Made by a program: the position numbers and the translations under genes
Notes under the pieces: model-generated
What the model was told of the DNA's origin: nothing
Database searches by the model: none
What the model saw: the letters and a program-made list of their open reading frames with translations, nothing else
In this document: piece after piece, positions 12,991 through 25,740 of the stretch
Layout: every line of letters begins with the position of its first letter
How positions within the stretch are numbered: position 1 is the first letter of the stretch
Origin: Chrysomallon squamiferum
Lineage: Eukaryota; Animalia; Mollusca
Direction: 5' to 3'
Assembly (NCBI GenBank): GCA_012295275.1
Contig: CM022672.1
Span: forward strand, 30,566,001-30,630,000
DNA: 64,000 nucleotides

Positions 12991-15750
12991 TAAATCAAAC
13001 AGTATATGTCCGCTCTCATAGGCTACCAGGATATATTGCGATGACTTTCTCCCTTTAAGTGACACCTCGGCATAGAGCAACACGTGTATGACATTGTCGT
13101 AAATTAAACAGGATCTTCTCGTTGTTAGCAATGGTTTTGTTCTAAACAATGCAATCACTGGACCAGTACAGACTGAGCCACATATCAACGGCAGATAACT
13201 CACTACTTCCCATCCTTCTTTTAGCTTGGATCCTACTGCTGTTAAAGAACATTGCTTTGATTATGCATTGTATAGTGTACATCTATGTGCAGGACAATTA
13301 TACACGCCTATGTAAGGGCCTCCAAAAAGCAATTAGCTAATATGATTGTTGTAGCACATCTCACTTTGGCCAACTCTGATGTTAACTGTGAAGTTAAGCG
13401 TAGATGTTAAATTCATGAACCAAACTCGTATCGTCCAATCTCGCGTGTGTAATCAAATACACAGTTCTATAATATTCTGTTTGTGTTGAATAATCATAAA
13501 CTTTAATAAATAAAATACATTTTTACTTTTTTTTATTTTATGAGATGTTATAGACATAATGGTATACACGCACACATACACACACGTACTTAATACATGT
13601 TAGAATTAAAACAGTGTCATAGTTATTTTATTAAACATTATGATTATTAATCAAAATAAATACAATATGTAGACATCTGCATAGATCTACATAGAAACAT
13701 AAACTGAAAAAGGTACATGAACTCAAATCAGATGTGATATATGTATATATATATATAGGCACATTACATATATTTTCTCAAATTTTAAAACGAATTTACA
13801 TGAGTAAGGCCATTTATAATATCCGTTATTGGCCAAAGTTTTAAGTTACTGGCTCTGATAAGGTCAAAATCAATATTAGATGTCGAAACTCGCCTGCATC
13901 TTGTCAATGAGTGCTCGGCTGTGACACCTGTCAATCAAATGTCGGCGAAAATGTCGTCTGAAACGGTGTAAACAGATAATGACAGTTCACAAAATTATTT
14001 AGTTGTAGTTTTTATCGCTTTGAGTTTCATAGTGTACAGTTGAGTTAGAATAAGGACTTAAATGCCACTTGTTTTCCTGAGTTCCGATCATTAGATTAAT
14101 TAAAATAAAATAAACAAAATAAAACGAGAAACAACATTTGAAAGTACAGGATTGTCTGCCCCTGAGAGGAAAGTGGGAGGGATGAATGAATTGATTATTT
14201 AGCGCGGAGGTCACTCAGTGATAAGGTATAATGCTAGGGTCAAATGGATAAGTTCAGTGAGGACAAATAAAAGACAAAAAATGTTTTGTAAAGTATCTTG
14301 ACTATTTTCAGAAAACAAACGCGTTACAAAAATTATCATCGGAAAGAAAAATGTTTCGTCTTTTTAACAACAATAGAAGTGCAGCTTAAAGCAACTACAC
14401 GAACTTCTTCCTATCGTGTTTTCTGCCGAACGGCGCATTAATTTATGGCCACTGAAGCCGGTTCACACCCGAGTCTGGAAACGACTGACAAAGCCGGTTC
14501 TCAGCAACCAGAATCTCCTGAACTCTTGGTATGATTTATTCTGGTTTAACAAAGAAAGTCTTGCTTCAGAATCTTGCAACTGTACGCAAACAGCTCTCAA
14601 GCTATTTGAATGACAAGTTTGTATTTGTTTTATAATTGAAATCAAGATAAAAAGATGTACAATTATAGTTAGGAATCATCCTAATTATAGTTAGGAATAA
14701 ATGTGTTTTGAGTCCACCAAAAACTACATATTTTCTTTTTGATGTAATTAATGATATTAATTTTAGAGATAATGAACAAAAATGTAAACAAAATGTTTTC
14801 TGTTCTTAGTACCATATCTCTGTCTCATTTTCCATTTTCTTCTTTTATTTATTACATCTTTATCTTCTTCAGAAATGAATTCATTTGTTTGCATGTTTGG
14901 AAGACACAATAATTTCATGACAGTTTGAGTGTCCGTTATCTGAAATTCGGAAATCCGAAAAGCTCCGAAAAGCTCCGAAATCCAGCACATATAGTGATAT
15001 ATTATAGTTTTAGCAGTGTTTTGCACATACTAACATTATTTTATGACACAAAATTATTAAAAACTATTTGTATAAGCTGTATTTGAAATTTAGATGGAAT
15101 TAGTGTTTAGACTTAGATCCTGTTCGCAGGCAATCTTATATTCCAAATCCGATATAGTTCCGTCCTGAATTCTTAGCCTATGGTTATTTGTTTTAGGAGG
15201 TGTTGGTCTTTTTAGAGTTATTTCCCTTCAATTTGGCTCTTTTCCTTTATTTATTTATTTATTTATTTATTTATTATTATTATTATTATTATCTTAATAC
15301 CCTGTAATAACATTCTGATATACATTTTTCGATTGTTTATTTTCTTTTGTTGTTGTTATTTGTAACATTTTATTTTATTTATTTATTTGTTTATCTTAAA
15401 TAATATTTCAGTTTACTGAAGAGTGAAGAAAAAGACAAATGTCTACTTGGTGATAAGAATAAATTGTCTAATACCTTTTTTTTGCTTCCATATTATTATT
15501 TTCTGTTATATGTGATCCATCTTCACCAATATCGAAAACTACTAAAATAAAGTAAGTAACGCCGCAATTTCGTTACGTCCCAACTCGAATTGTGACGTCA
15601 TCATAAACTTGATAAATGTAATCATTCGTACACCACTAGAAAAAGTTCAGAGCAAATCAGGCCGCCTCATACGTGATGACGTCATTACCTAAAACTACCG
15701 AGGTTAAAATAAATCGTTTTGGTAATTTTCATTAGTAATTAAGACTGCAT

Positions 15751-15798
<48 letters not shown>

Positions 15799-16137
15799 CA
15801 AAGGGAAAATAAAAGGAAAGAAAATTGGACGTAATCGAAAGATATTTATTGTATTTGTTATCACTTCGAACAAAAAAAAAAAAAAAAAAAATAAATAACA
15901 TGTTGTGTTCGTTACTCTAACTTCCAATGTGCGCGCGTATGTGCGTATTATTTTATTTTATGTATGATAGAGAGGGGTAATCATAATTATCACAGAAAAA
16001 AACATTTTGTTATTAATTATCAAAAAACATATGTATAGATCCATTTATGTGGAATAGTTATAACAAACTTCATAACAAATGTCAAGCTGTATTAATCTTA
16101 CATTTTTATTTTCTTTCAGTGAAGTCTCTGACACAAA

Positions 16138-19100
16138 TTAGCATGTACCAAATGAACAAGTTGATTGTTTGGTGTCCCAGACTGTTCCAGGTGGACAAGC
16201 AGACTTGTAAGCCACACCATTGAAACACTGGACAAAATGACCACAAGTCTTTCCAGCAATGAAGGCAACTCCTACTTTAGGACAGCCATCTGAAAAGAAT
16301 GATAGTAACCAATAAATGTCTATAATAAACATTATCGTCAGCCCTATGTGAATCACTGACAACTATTTTGTTCATTTATATTACTGATTTCTACAAATAC
16401 AAAAATTCTACAGTTTTAATAATCTCTGTTTAATTTATAATTACTAAAGAACATTAAAATCATTGCTAATATTAAGAAAATGAAACAGAACACTGAGGTA
16501 TGTATGTATATGTGTATGTAAATCATGAAATTATTAGAACATTTCTCATCATGACCTTGTTAGCTATTAACATGTTTTACAGTCAGAACTAATCTTTCTA
16601 TCTTCTGTAATTACCAACCAGGACCACATTTCTCTGTGTTACAGGGAACATCTTTCACTTCAGTTGATTCTCCTTCACATGAATTTCCACCATTTTTAGG
16701 AGCAGGATTATCACATGTTCTGCTTCTTGACTGGTTTTTGTATCCTGTTCCGCACAATTTTGAACATTCAGTAAGATTCTTCCATTCCGACCAAGTACTC
16801 CAACCACCATCAACTGTTAATAATATAAATTTATAGTTATATCTGAATACTGCATTCAAAACAAATGAAATCAAAATTTAGACATAAACTTATCACAGAT
16901 CACTTAGTTTAGATTGTCAGAATCTTGAATTTACACTGTTATTAATAATCAGAAATAGTGTTAATGGGTGTTGTTATTTGTTTTGTTTTTTGTTGTTTTT
17001 TCGTATTGATTAGGAAATGCAGTTTATCGGGGACAACTTAACAATTTAACTTTGTAATTGAGATAAAAGACAGCTAATGATGTTTTATTTTTTTTATTTT
17101 TATATTTTTTTTGTAAAGGTATACATTATTGACTGCTAACCAATACATTCCTCTGTGTTACAGGAAACATTTTTTGATTCAGCTGTTTCTCCTTCACATG
17201 ACTTTCCACCATTTGTAGGAGCAGGATTATCACACGTTCTGTTTCTTGACTGGTTTTTGTATCCTGTTCCACACAGTTTTGAACATTCAGTAACATTCTT
17301 CCATTCCGACCAAGTACTCCAACCACCATCAACTGTTAATAATTTAAATTTGTGTTTATATCTGATCACTGCATTGAAAACAAGTAAAATTAAAATGTAG
17401 ATGTAAACTATTGTTGATCCCCAGTTCAGTCTATTTCATTTTGTATTTTTAGAGACTTAATCATCCAAAATCTTAATGGCAGTTAAGTCAGGGCAAAAAT
17501 ATTTATTTGTATTTTAACTGAACTATAAGAAAAATGATAATTTAGTTTAAAACATCTGTTTTGAAGATATTCAGAAGAGATATCGTATTTTGTCATCATC
17601 TCTTGGAGATAGTAATATTCTAAAGTAAATAATTAATTAGTAAAACATTTTATGCTTTATCAACTTCAACACTTCGTTTTTCAAAAAGTGCTGTCAATTG
17701 AAAATGATGGATAACTGTATATTAAATTACTTGGACATGCTTGCAGATTACAGCTGGATGTTTGGTTTTCAGTGTTAGATCCACTGCACCAATGTCCACC
17801 ATAGGCAGGCACTGGATTAGTGCAATTTCTGCTCCTGATTCCCACTTGAATTCCACCTCCACAAGATTTGCTGCATTCATCGTATGACCAATCTGACCAA
17901 GATGTCCACCCACCGTCCACTGTAATATAAAGAATATACGTACTTACCTACTACCAACATATACATACATATATATATATATACAGCACATACATGCAGG
18001 GACGAACTCACATTTACTCATTTATTAATTATGGGACAAACAGTTTACAATTTATATGAGGATTTCAAAGAATGTAGGCCTCAGAATGAATCATGGACGT
18101 GAACTATATACTTTTTATATTATTGACATAAATACAACACTCACCTCCACATTTATTTGTATTGCAAATCACAGTCTGTGTCTCGACACTGGACCCCGGA
18201 CAGTACCTTCCACCATTTCGAGGCGATGGGTTATTGCACGACCTAGTCCTTTTCTGATCTTTGATTCCAGATCCACATGGCCTAGAACAGTCACTGGTGT
18301 CAACCCAGGAAGACCAGCTGCTCCAGCCACCATTAACTAATCATAAATAAGATATTTAAGTTTATAACAAATGTAAATTTCAGTTAAATGATTGGTGCTA
18401 AGGGTTTTGGCCTCATATTATGTCGTAGGAAGTAAGAACTTCAGTTTGCCCACTAGGCTCTTTCCCCTTTCTGCAGCTACCTCATGACGTACTATACAGT
18501 GCTATGTGGTTCTCTGAGTGTCAAAATGTAAAGCATTTAAAGGATTGTTCATGGTTATTCACTGAAAAGTTTTATTTTTTTATTTTCATTTTTATTCTTT
18601 TGTTTTTGGTATTTATTTACTTATTTATTTACTTATTTATTTATTTTTTTATTTATTTTTTTATTTTTTTATTTGATTAATTTATTTTTTGTTTTGATAT
18701 ATTTTTTTTTATCATCAAGAGACAAAAAATAAATTGCAGACATTAAACAAAAAACCTGAACTAAATGCAACTAAGAAATAACACTAATGCTGACTCCCTT
18801 AAGTAAAAGAAGAGCCGACTAATGCTCTATTTAATATCCAAAGAAACTCGAGAAAAGCCAAACCATTTACGGTTGATCAGATTTGAAATATTTTATTAGT
18901 TTGTGAAAAACGAATGTTAATCAATCATAAAGTAACAAGATACGTAAACCAATTCTTAGGAACTATTAAATTACAACAAAGGCTAAGATTGTTGAGATAT
19001 ATTTACTTTCACATGCTGCTCTGCAACAGAGTTGTATTGTTGAGTTATACTTACTTGCAGGTGGTGCCCTGTAACGTCTACGACGGCCACTCCACCATCC

Positions 19101-19157
19101 CCATGCTTCAGTACATACCAATAATACACATACGATTAACAGTGTAAACAGTTTCAT
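16138..19157 (-). CDS. TSR-CBM14 paralog B: intact secreted protein of ~340 aa; signal peptide + 4 TSP1 repeats (a,b,c,c) + chitin-binding type-2 domain (hemicentin/coadhesin-like TSRs)
   Basis: Exons 19055-19157 ([34 protein letters not shown]), 18145-18336, 17731-17919, 17141-17332, 16619-16813, 16138-16289. Lengths 103+192+189+192+195+152 = 1023 nt, all introns phase 1, canonical GT-AG, no stops. Terminal exon has C-x12-C-x5-C-x9-C-x12-C-x4-C with PGTVWD; AATAAA at 16105-16110. Confidence 0.9.
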
Positions 19158-21780
19158 CTATGACAGAATACAAAAAAATTATAGATATACAGATATATAT
19201 GCTGACCTATATAATATTCTACAGATACATACATACTCACAGACATATATAAAGAAAATGTCAGGGCCTTTAAAATTTCTTCCGACCTCTTTGAAAAAAG
19301 GATAAACATAGCCATCCCAAATAAATAATAATAATACAAATGAATGAAAATAAATTATTGAAAATATTAAACAAACAACCATAGCAAAATAAATAATTTT
19401 AGCTAAAAATAAAGTATAATTTACCTTCGGATGCGAGATAGTTTGGATCTGTTGTATGTGCAAATTCAAAAACTACATATAGATAAATGGTGAGGATTGT
19501 AACACAATGGCTGGGAACAAACACTGACACAGAGAACTGGCAAAATGAAATCAATACACAGATACCAGTTTGAGATAAGAAAGAACCACTTTAAACTAAC
19601 TCACACTGGAGACATCTGTTGTTTTATCAAATGTTTGCTTCATATTAAGTTACTCTTGATGAAAAAGAGATATCATTGGAATTATTTAAAATTTTGTTTT
19701 AATATTCAAATAAATGTCCCGTGGACATATAAAGTTTAGCATAATAATTCCAGGATCACTTCTCCTATGATATATTGGGTTATTTTTCCGTTTCCACCAA
19801 AGCTCTGTGTCGTTTTATTCAGCTCAACATGATGTTAAAAAATTAAGTCTGACCCTAATTGTCAGTAATACAATTATTGTAATCTCTTGATACAAATACT
19901 CATACCTATAATTATTCATATGAACAGGAACTACTACAGTTTCTCAACACAGTCTTTCGTTGGTTTCACCCTTCAGTTTTAATTTCTATCACCACATTAT
20001 CTTGCTGTCATGAAAAAACATATTAGAATAATTAAAACCTTTGACTCATCAATGGTAATTTCAAAAGGTTAGTTTTAGAGGGCTCTTTAAATTACTTGAT
20101 ATTGTATTCAGTGTTACTGAAATTTCTATCACCATATTATCACGCTGTTGTGATAGGTTAAAAACTAAATTAGAATATTTAAAACCTGGACATATAATGT
20201 TCAGCATAACAGTTCCAGGATCACTTCACCTAACTATGATACTTGGTTTATTTTCCCATTTCAAGAAGACCTGTTTGTCGTTTCTTTCGGATCAACACTA
20301 TGTTCAGTTGTGAGTAATAAATATCTTGTAATATCTTCATACAAACTCCTGATTCATTCAGTTATTCATATATACAAGAACTACTGCAGTTTCTCAAAAC
20401 AGCCTTTCATTAGTTTCACCCGTGCTGTCGTGAAAAACCAAATTAGAATAATTAAAACCTTTGACCCATAAATGGTAATTTCGAAAGGTTACATTTATAG
20501 GGTTCTTTAAATTACTTGTTATTGTATTCAGTCCTACTGAAATTACCCAAACAGTAATAAGATTTTAATCAAGAGTATAATATTTTTAAGATAATAATAA
20601 TAATAATAATTTGCATGTATACTAGTAAATATAAGTCACTTTGGTATCAAGATTAGGAATGAATTCACGTAAAGAACACTTCATCATTTTATAATACTAA
20701 CAATTACTTTCTGTCATTCATATATAAATATTTGTATGTAATAACGTGCTGCTTCAGGTCTCGTGAGAAAGGTGAAGAGAATGAGTCCTTTGACCATCTG
20801 TTGCTTTGGCCATCATCTCCCTTTCAGCTTTGCACAGTTTATCAGTGTTAAAAGTTTGATATTTGAAACCTCAAACTCCATCTAGTATTGATCCATTCTT
20901 CAACGCTGCAAACATTGAGTAAGATTATCTATGACTGTTTAAGGGACACGGAAATTCAGGTGTTATTGAAATAAAATATTTTGTGAAATCTGTTATCAAG
21001 TAAACTAGATACATGCAATACTGCCATTTGATTAATTTCGTCCTCAATCATTCAATGCAATCAGTGAAAAACAGACAATAGTGTTCAACAGCTGGGCTCA
21101 CTGTTTACAGTTTCTATGAGAGATAATGCATAAACTTTGCATCATCCATAAAATCAGGGCAGATGAAGGGCTCCAGGGGTATGTCTAACATTAATGATTT
21201 ATTTGTTGCTGATTTTTCGTTTAAATTTATTTTAGATACAAAGAATAGTTTATGAAAATACAAATGGTTTTCGTAAGACGTCAACCCATTTCGTTTTTCC
21301 ATAATGTAAACTGTAAATTTTCCATTTTCCTCACAGGAATAAAGGCCAAATAAAGACGTTCCACTAGAAAAAAATACAGTTTTCCTTTGAACTGTAGATT
21401 ATAAACTTTATATCACAGATAACTAACTGACTAATTATTAATTATTAAATATTATTTACAGTGAAAGTTATTTTATGAACATAACTATATTACTGGCGTT
21501 CTTAACTGCTTTAACTACCGAAGAAAAAAATCATGTTACTTTACATGCTTACGTATATAAGACAAACTAGTGATGTCAGTGAAAACAAATAATAATAATT
21601 TATAGTATCTTAATGATAGAGATAATACTGATGCAAAATATTCTTAAAAGAATGTTTGAATTAAAATAGCAACTACAGCAAATCAATTATTACATTGACA
21701 TTCAATACAACTCTCTTTCTCACCATACAGGAAAATAGATATATTTAAACAGATGCATTGAAACACTAGTGTTGTAAAAT

Positions 21781-21782
<2 letters not shown>

Positions 21783-21868
<86 letters not shown>
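21783..21868. repeat. (CT)n microsatellite
   Basis: Perfect dinucleotide run; similar runs at 54904-54977 (GA) and 58231-58311 (CT). Confidence 0.95.
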
Positions 21869-21872
<4 letters not shown>

Positions 21873-22509
21873 TATCAGTGGTATAATACATAGTTGCATT
21901 GTTTTTTAAATGAATTTTTGAGGAATAGCATTCCTCGTTTTTAGCATTTTTAAAATAGATTTTGATGAATAGAGGTCTGAATATTAGTTTAAAATTATAT
22001 ATTATTTCTAAAAACTTGGGAACTGTAAAATATTTTTCCATCCATATTTATCTTTTGTGATAAAATTAGTAATTTATTAATACTATTTTTGTTGACCACT
22101 TCCAAACATTCAGTGGTGCTAAAAAGCTGAAGTATAATATATTATCTTGTATTGTTACATGATATTGTAGTAAAAGCTAAACACAAAACAGAACAGACTG
22201 ATCAAGTCTGAGTATGCCATATAAAATAAATTTATTTATTTTTGGATATAGACCCCTTTTAATAAATCATGTTGTGACTCTGTGTAAAGAAAATTAATTT
22301 TCTATCCAAACAAAAAGCTTTTACAGTGCACAATAATGACAAAGAAAATTTAGATTAAAAAAATGTGCTCGGCTAAACATAACCACTGTCTAAAACATTA
22401 TAACACAAGTGTCTGGGTGTATATAAAACACTGTCAATTTCTTTCAAAGCAACTTTTGTAATTATTCAGTGCTAATGGCTTACGAGGTGTAATAATTAAA
22501 TCTAATTTA

Positions 22510-22770
22510 ATATTGACAAAATTTAATAATTATATACAAAAAAGAATGGTTGACAAGATCTAAAAGTTGATTAAAATTTAATGGTTGACAAAATTTAGTA
22601 GTTACATTAAATTGAAATGGCGGAGAAGAAATATCTGAATAAAATTCAATGCTTGACAAGATTTAATAGTTAAGTATAATATAATGGTTGACAAGATCTA
22701 AAATTTAAATAAAATTTAATGGTTGACACAATTAATAGTTAAGTAAGATTTAACATTAGACACAATGTAG
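22510..22770. repeat. Degenerate ~35-bp minisatellite (aatggttgacaagatctaaaa...)
   Basis: The aatg(g/c)ttgac core recurs at ~22545, 22580, 22648, 22683 and 22718. Confidence 0.7.
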
Positions 22771-23370
22771 TTATTAAAGAAAATTAAGTAGTGAAGATTT
22801 ATTTAGAAAACTGAAACTTAATTTAATTCGAATTAAGTATATTCATGCAAACAACAATAGCAATTTATCTTCAAAGTCACAAAATCCTTTAAACACAGAA
22901 TGTGTGTTTTACTTATTTATTTATTTGTTGTATTGTTCGTATAAAGAAAACCAAAATAATAATAATTAGACATTCTTCAAAGCCCTATAATTGGAATGCT
23001 CATATTTTAAATACTTTAATGTGAATACAATTGACTGCAAGTCTTGTGCCTGCAGCTTTGGTAATTCCAGCATCAATAGTGCCATTTAGACCTAAGTTCA
23101 AGTAAACGAAAGGTTAAGTTTAACTGGGGAGTGAATCACATTTATCCATATCAAAAGTGAATAAATGAATATTGTTTTAGTATACCTTAATAACTCACAT
23201 ATGTATTTTTGTCATAATTATTTAGTTAATAATGCTGCAAATATTTATGTTCTGTGAAAACAGTTTATGCATTAATTTTATTCTGGTTTTTGGTTACATT
23301 CTAAAATAAAATACAATAGAGGCCATTTTGACAAACACTAAAATGAAGTTGATATCTTGAAAACCTATTA

Positions 23371-25352
23371 CAGGTTGACTATCACTAATCCGGCATCTTC
23401 GGGACCTGGAAGGTGCCGGATTAGCCAGTTTGCCGGATTAGCCATTAGGATAGAATACACCAAACCCATTAGCTAACCACCTCATCTTAAAATTAAAATA
23501 TCCCATAAAACAGTACAATTTGATTAATAAAGAAAAGATAATTATCAAATAAATTCAAGTAAAAAATTTAATGAAATACGGGCACAAGTATACTACAAAT
23601 TAATTCTGTTGACTTACATTATATCATCACTGCCACTTCCAAAGTGGCAATTACATGTCTTGAAGTGGAGGGTTATCATAATTCTCATCAGCATCTTCTA
23701 AGGTGAGAGAGATATCAGGAACTGGTGGTGACGGTGGCAACATAACTCGGTGAGCAGCTGTTGAAGGCAGTGGATGTGCATATGATGAGGAGATGTCAGG
23801 ATTATCGTCTGGGTGAGCAAATGTTGAAGGCACTGAATTTTCAATTGATGTCTTCTCTGTTACACGCTTTGTAGCCAGTTTTAAAAAAATATATCTGGCA
23901 AGCTGACCTGTTTCATATATTTTGGTCTTTCTTTGATTAGTTTATCGTGCAGTATGTAAATATTCATTATTTCTTGCTCAGTTATAAAACTGCGCTGCTC
24001 TAAACCTTTTAGCAGTTCATCTGTCAGCTGAATTAACCGATCAATAGAAACTCTTTCTGCTACATCATCCTCATTTCCATCACTGCTTTCTCCTTCACTG
24101 GCTTGTTGCTCTGGACTTACAATGTCTAAGTCCGTATAATGATGAAAAACACATGCATCGTCATCAACAGTCATCCATTCTTCAATGTTATCTTCATCCA
24201 GTCTAGATGCAAGATCCTTCGCAGCAGGATTGATCAGATCACTAGCAAAAGACAACAGATCATTTATATGCTGTTTCTCCTTTGAAGACCTAATTTCTAT
24301 AAAGTCTGGTTCACGATTTTCATCAGGTGCTGTCTCATATGTTAACCCTGGCCACAGTTTGTGCCATCCATATTTCAGTGTAGCAGGCTCTACAGATTCG
24401 ACTTTAATGAATGTAATATGCCATTGTCCAGGGGTTGAATCAAGGAAGTGCAGTTAGGTGGAAAATAGATACCGAAAACATTGTTCTTTACCAGGAGTTC
24501 TGCTTTTGGCTGAGCGGACCAGTTATTTAAAATAAGCATTATCTTACAATTACGGTCCAAGCCAACAGAGTCAGAATGAGTTCTTGCTTCGGGGACAAAA
24601 CAGTTCTGAAACCAATCCAATAACAGTTGGCACGGTAATTTACAGGAATCTGTGTCATGCCTTTGAAAGCTCGAGGACGTAAACTTTTACCGATGACCAG
24701 TAACTTACACCTGCATGCTCCTGCAGCATTGGAGCAGCCCAGCACAGTAACACGGTCTTTCGATGCTTTATAACCTGTCGGCGATTCTGTATCCTCCGCT
24801 TTCAGTGTTCTTTTGGGTGTACATTTCCAAAAGAGTGCAGTCTCATCTGCGTTATAGACCTGGTCAGGACTTATATTTTCATCACTGACCAACTTGGTGA
24901 ACTCGTCAACAAATTTTGTAGCTGCTTCATTGTCAGCTGATCTTTTTTCGCCACACACTGCACGACACTTTAAGCCATGTCGTTCCTTAAAACGTTGCAA
25001 CCATCGTTCACTGTAATCGCACTGATGTTCCAGTCCGAGTTCTTCATGAAATAGTTTTGCTTGTTCCTTCACAAGATCAGCTGACAGTTCGATTCCTTCA
25101 CTTTCACTCAACTTACACCACCTCATCATTACCTGATCTAGTTCTGATTTTTACCAGGTTTCATTGCTTTCCTTTTAAACATGTTTTCTCGACTGACTGT
25201 CAATAAAAAGGTTAAGTAACTTTTCTTTCTGTTTCTTTATGTCATAAACTGTCGAAGACCCAATGCTGTATAATTCACATAAACTTCTCACAGACACGCC
25301 ACTGTCAAGCTTTTTCAAGAGTTCAACCTTTTCTGCTATGGACAATGTTAAC
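23371..25352 (-). mobile_element. pogo/Tigger (TIGD/Jerky-like) transposon relic, frameshifted, left end lost
   Basis: Translated pieces: LSIAEKVELLKKLDSGVSVRSLCELYSIGSSTVYDIKK (HTH), WLQRFKERHGL (CENP-B HTH), VYNADETALFWK, KDRVTVLGCSNAAG, FPPNCTSLIQPLDNGI (DDE_1-type core), acidic C-terminus. Right TIR TA|CAGGTTGACTATCACTAATCCGG at 23371. Confidence 0.9.
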
Positions 25353-25518
25353 AGTTACAAAGAACACTTTAGTAACACATATAACAATACAAAGTAACAC
25401 TTTAGTAACACATATACACACATGTAACAGTGCACAAGTAACATTTTAATAACACACATACACACATACAACACTACACAACTAATACTTTAGTAACACA
25501 CATCTAAAAGTAACAAGC

Positions 25519-25740
25519 AGTGACTGGTGTTCAGGCTACTTTACATGCAAACACAGTCACAAGTCACTTTGTTCTTTTCTGAAAATCAACAATCAAAGCA
25601 GTGTGAATTATTCTGACTATTCAGCCTGCTTCTTCTACCTGGCGTCAGACTTTCAGCTAGTAAGTCCCTTTACTTTGACCTTCCTTCCTTCGTTTTCACT
25701 TAATTCATTAATTACTTTACTATAACCCATTAGCCAATCT
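25519..25740 (+). pseudogene. Fragment of the PAN-like gene (3' part of exon 1 with its donor), inverted relative to the 47.8-kb copy
   Basis: Near-identical to the reverse complement of ~47705-47927 (gtgactggtgttcaggctact...ttcagctagtaagtccc). Confidence 0.6.

Noticed and set aside
21766-22041. ORFs with poly-ER, poly-Y, poly-L or poly-I tracts (also 2168, 9598, 15704, 28420, 57198, 58146)
   Set aside because: Translations of microsatellites.
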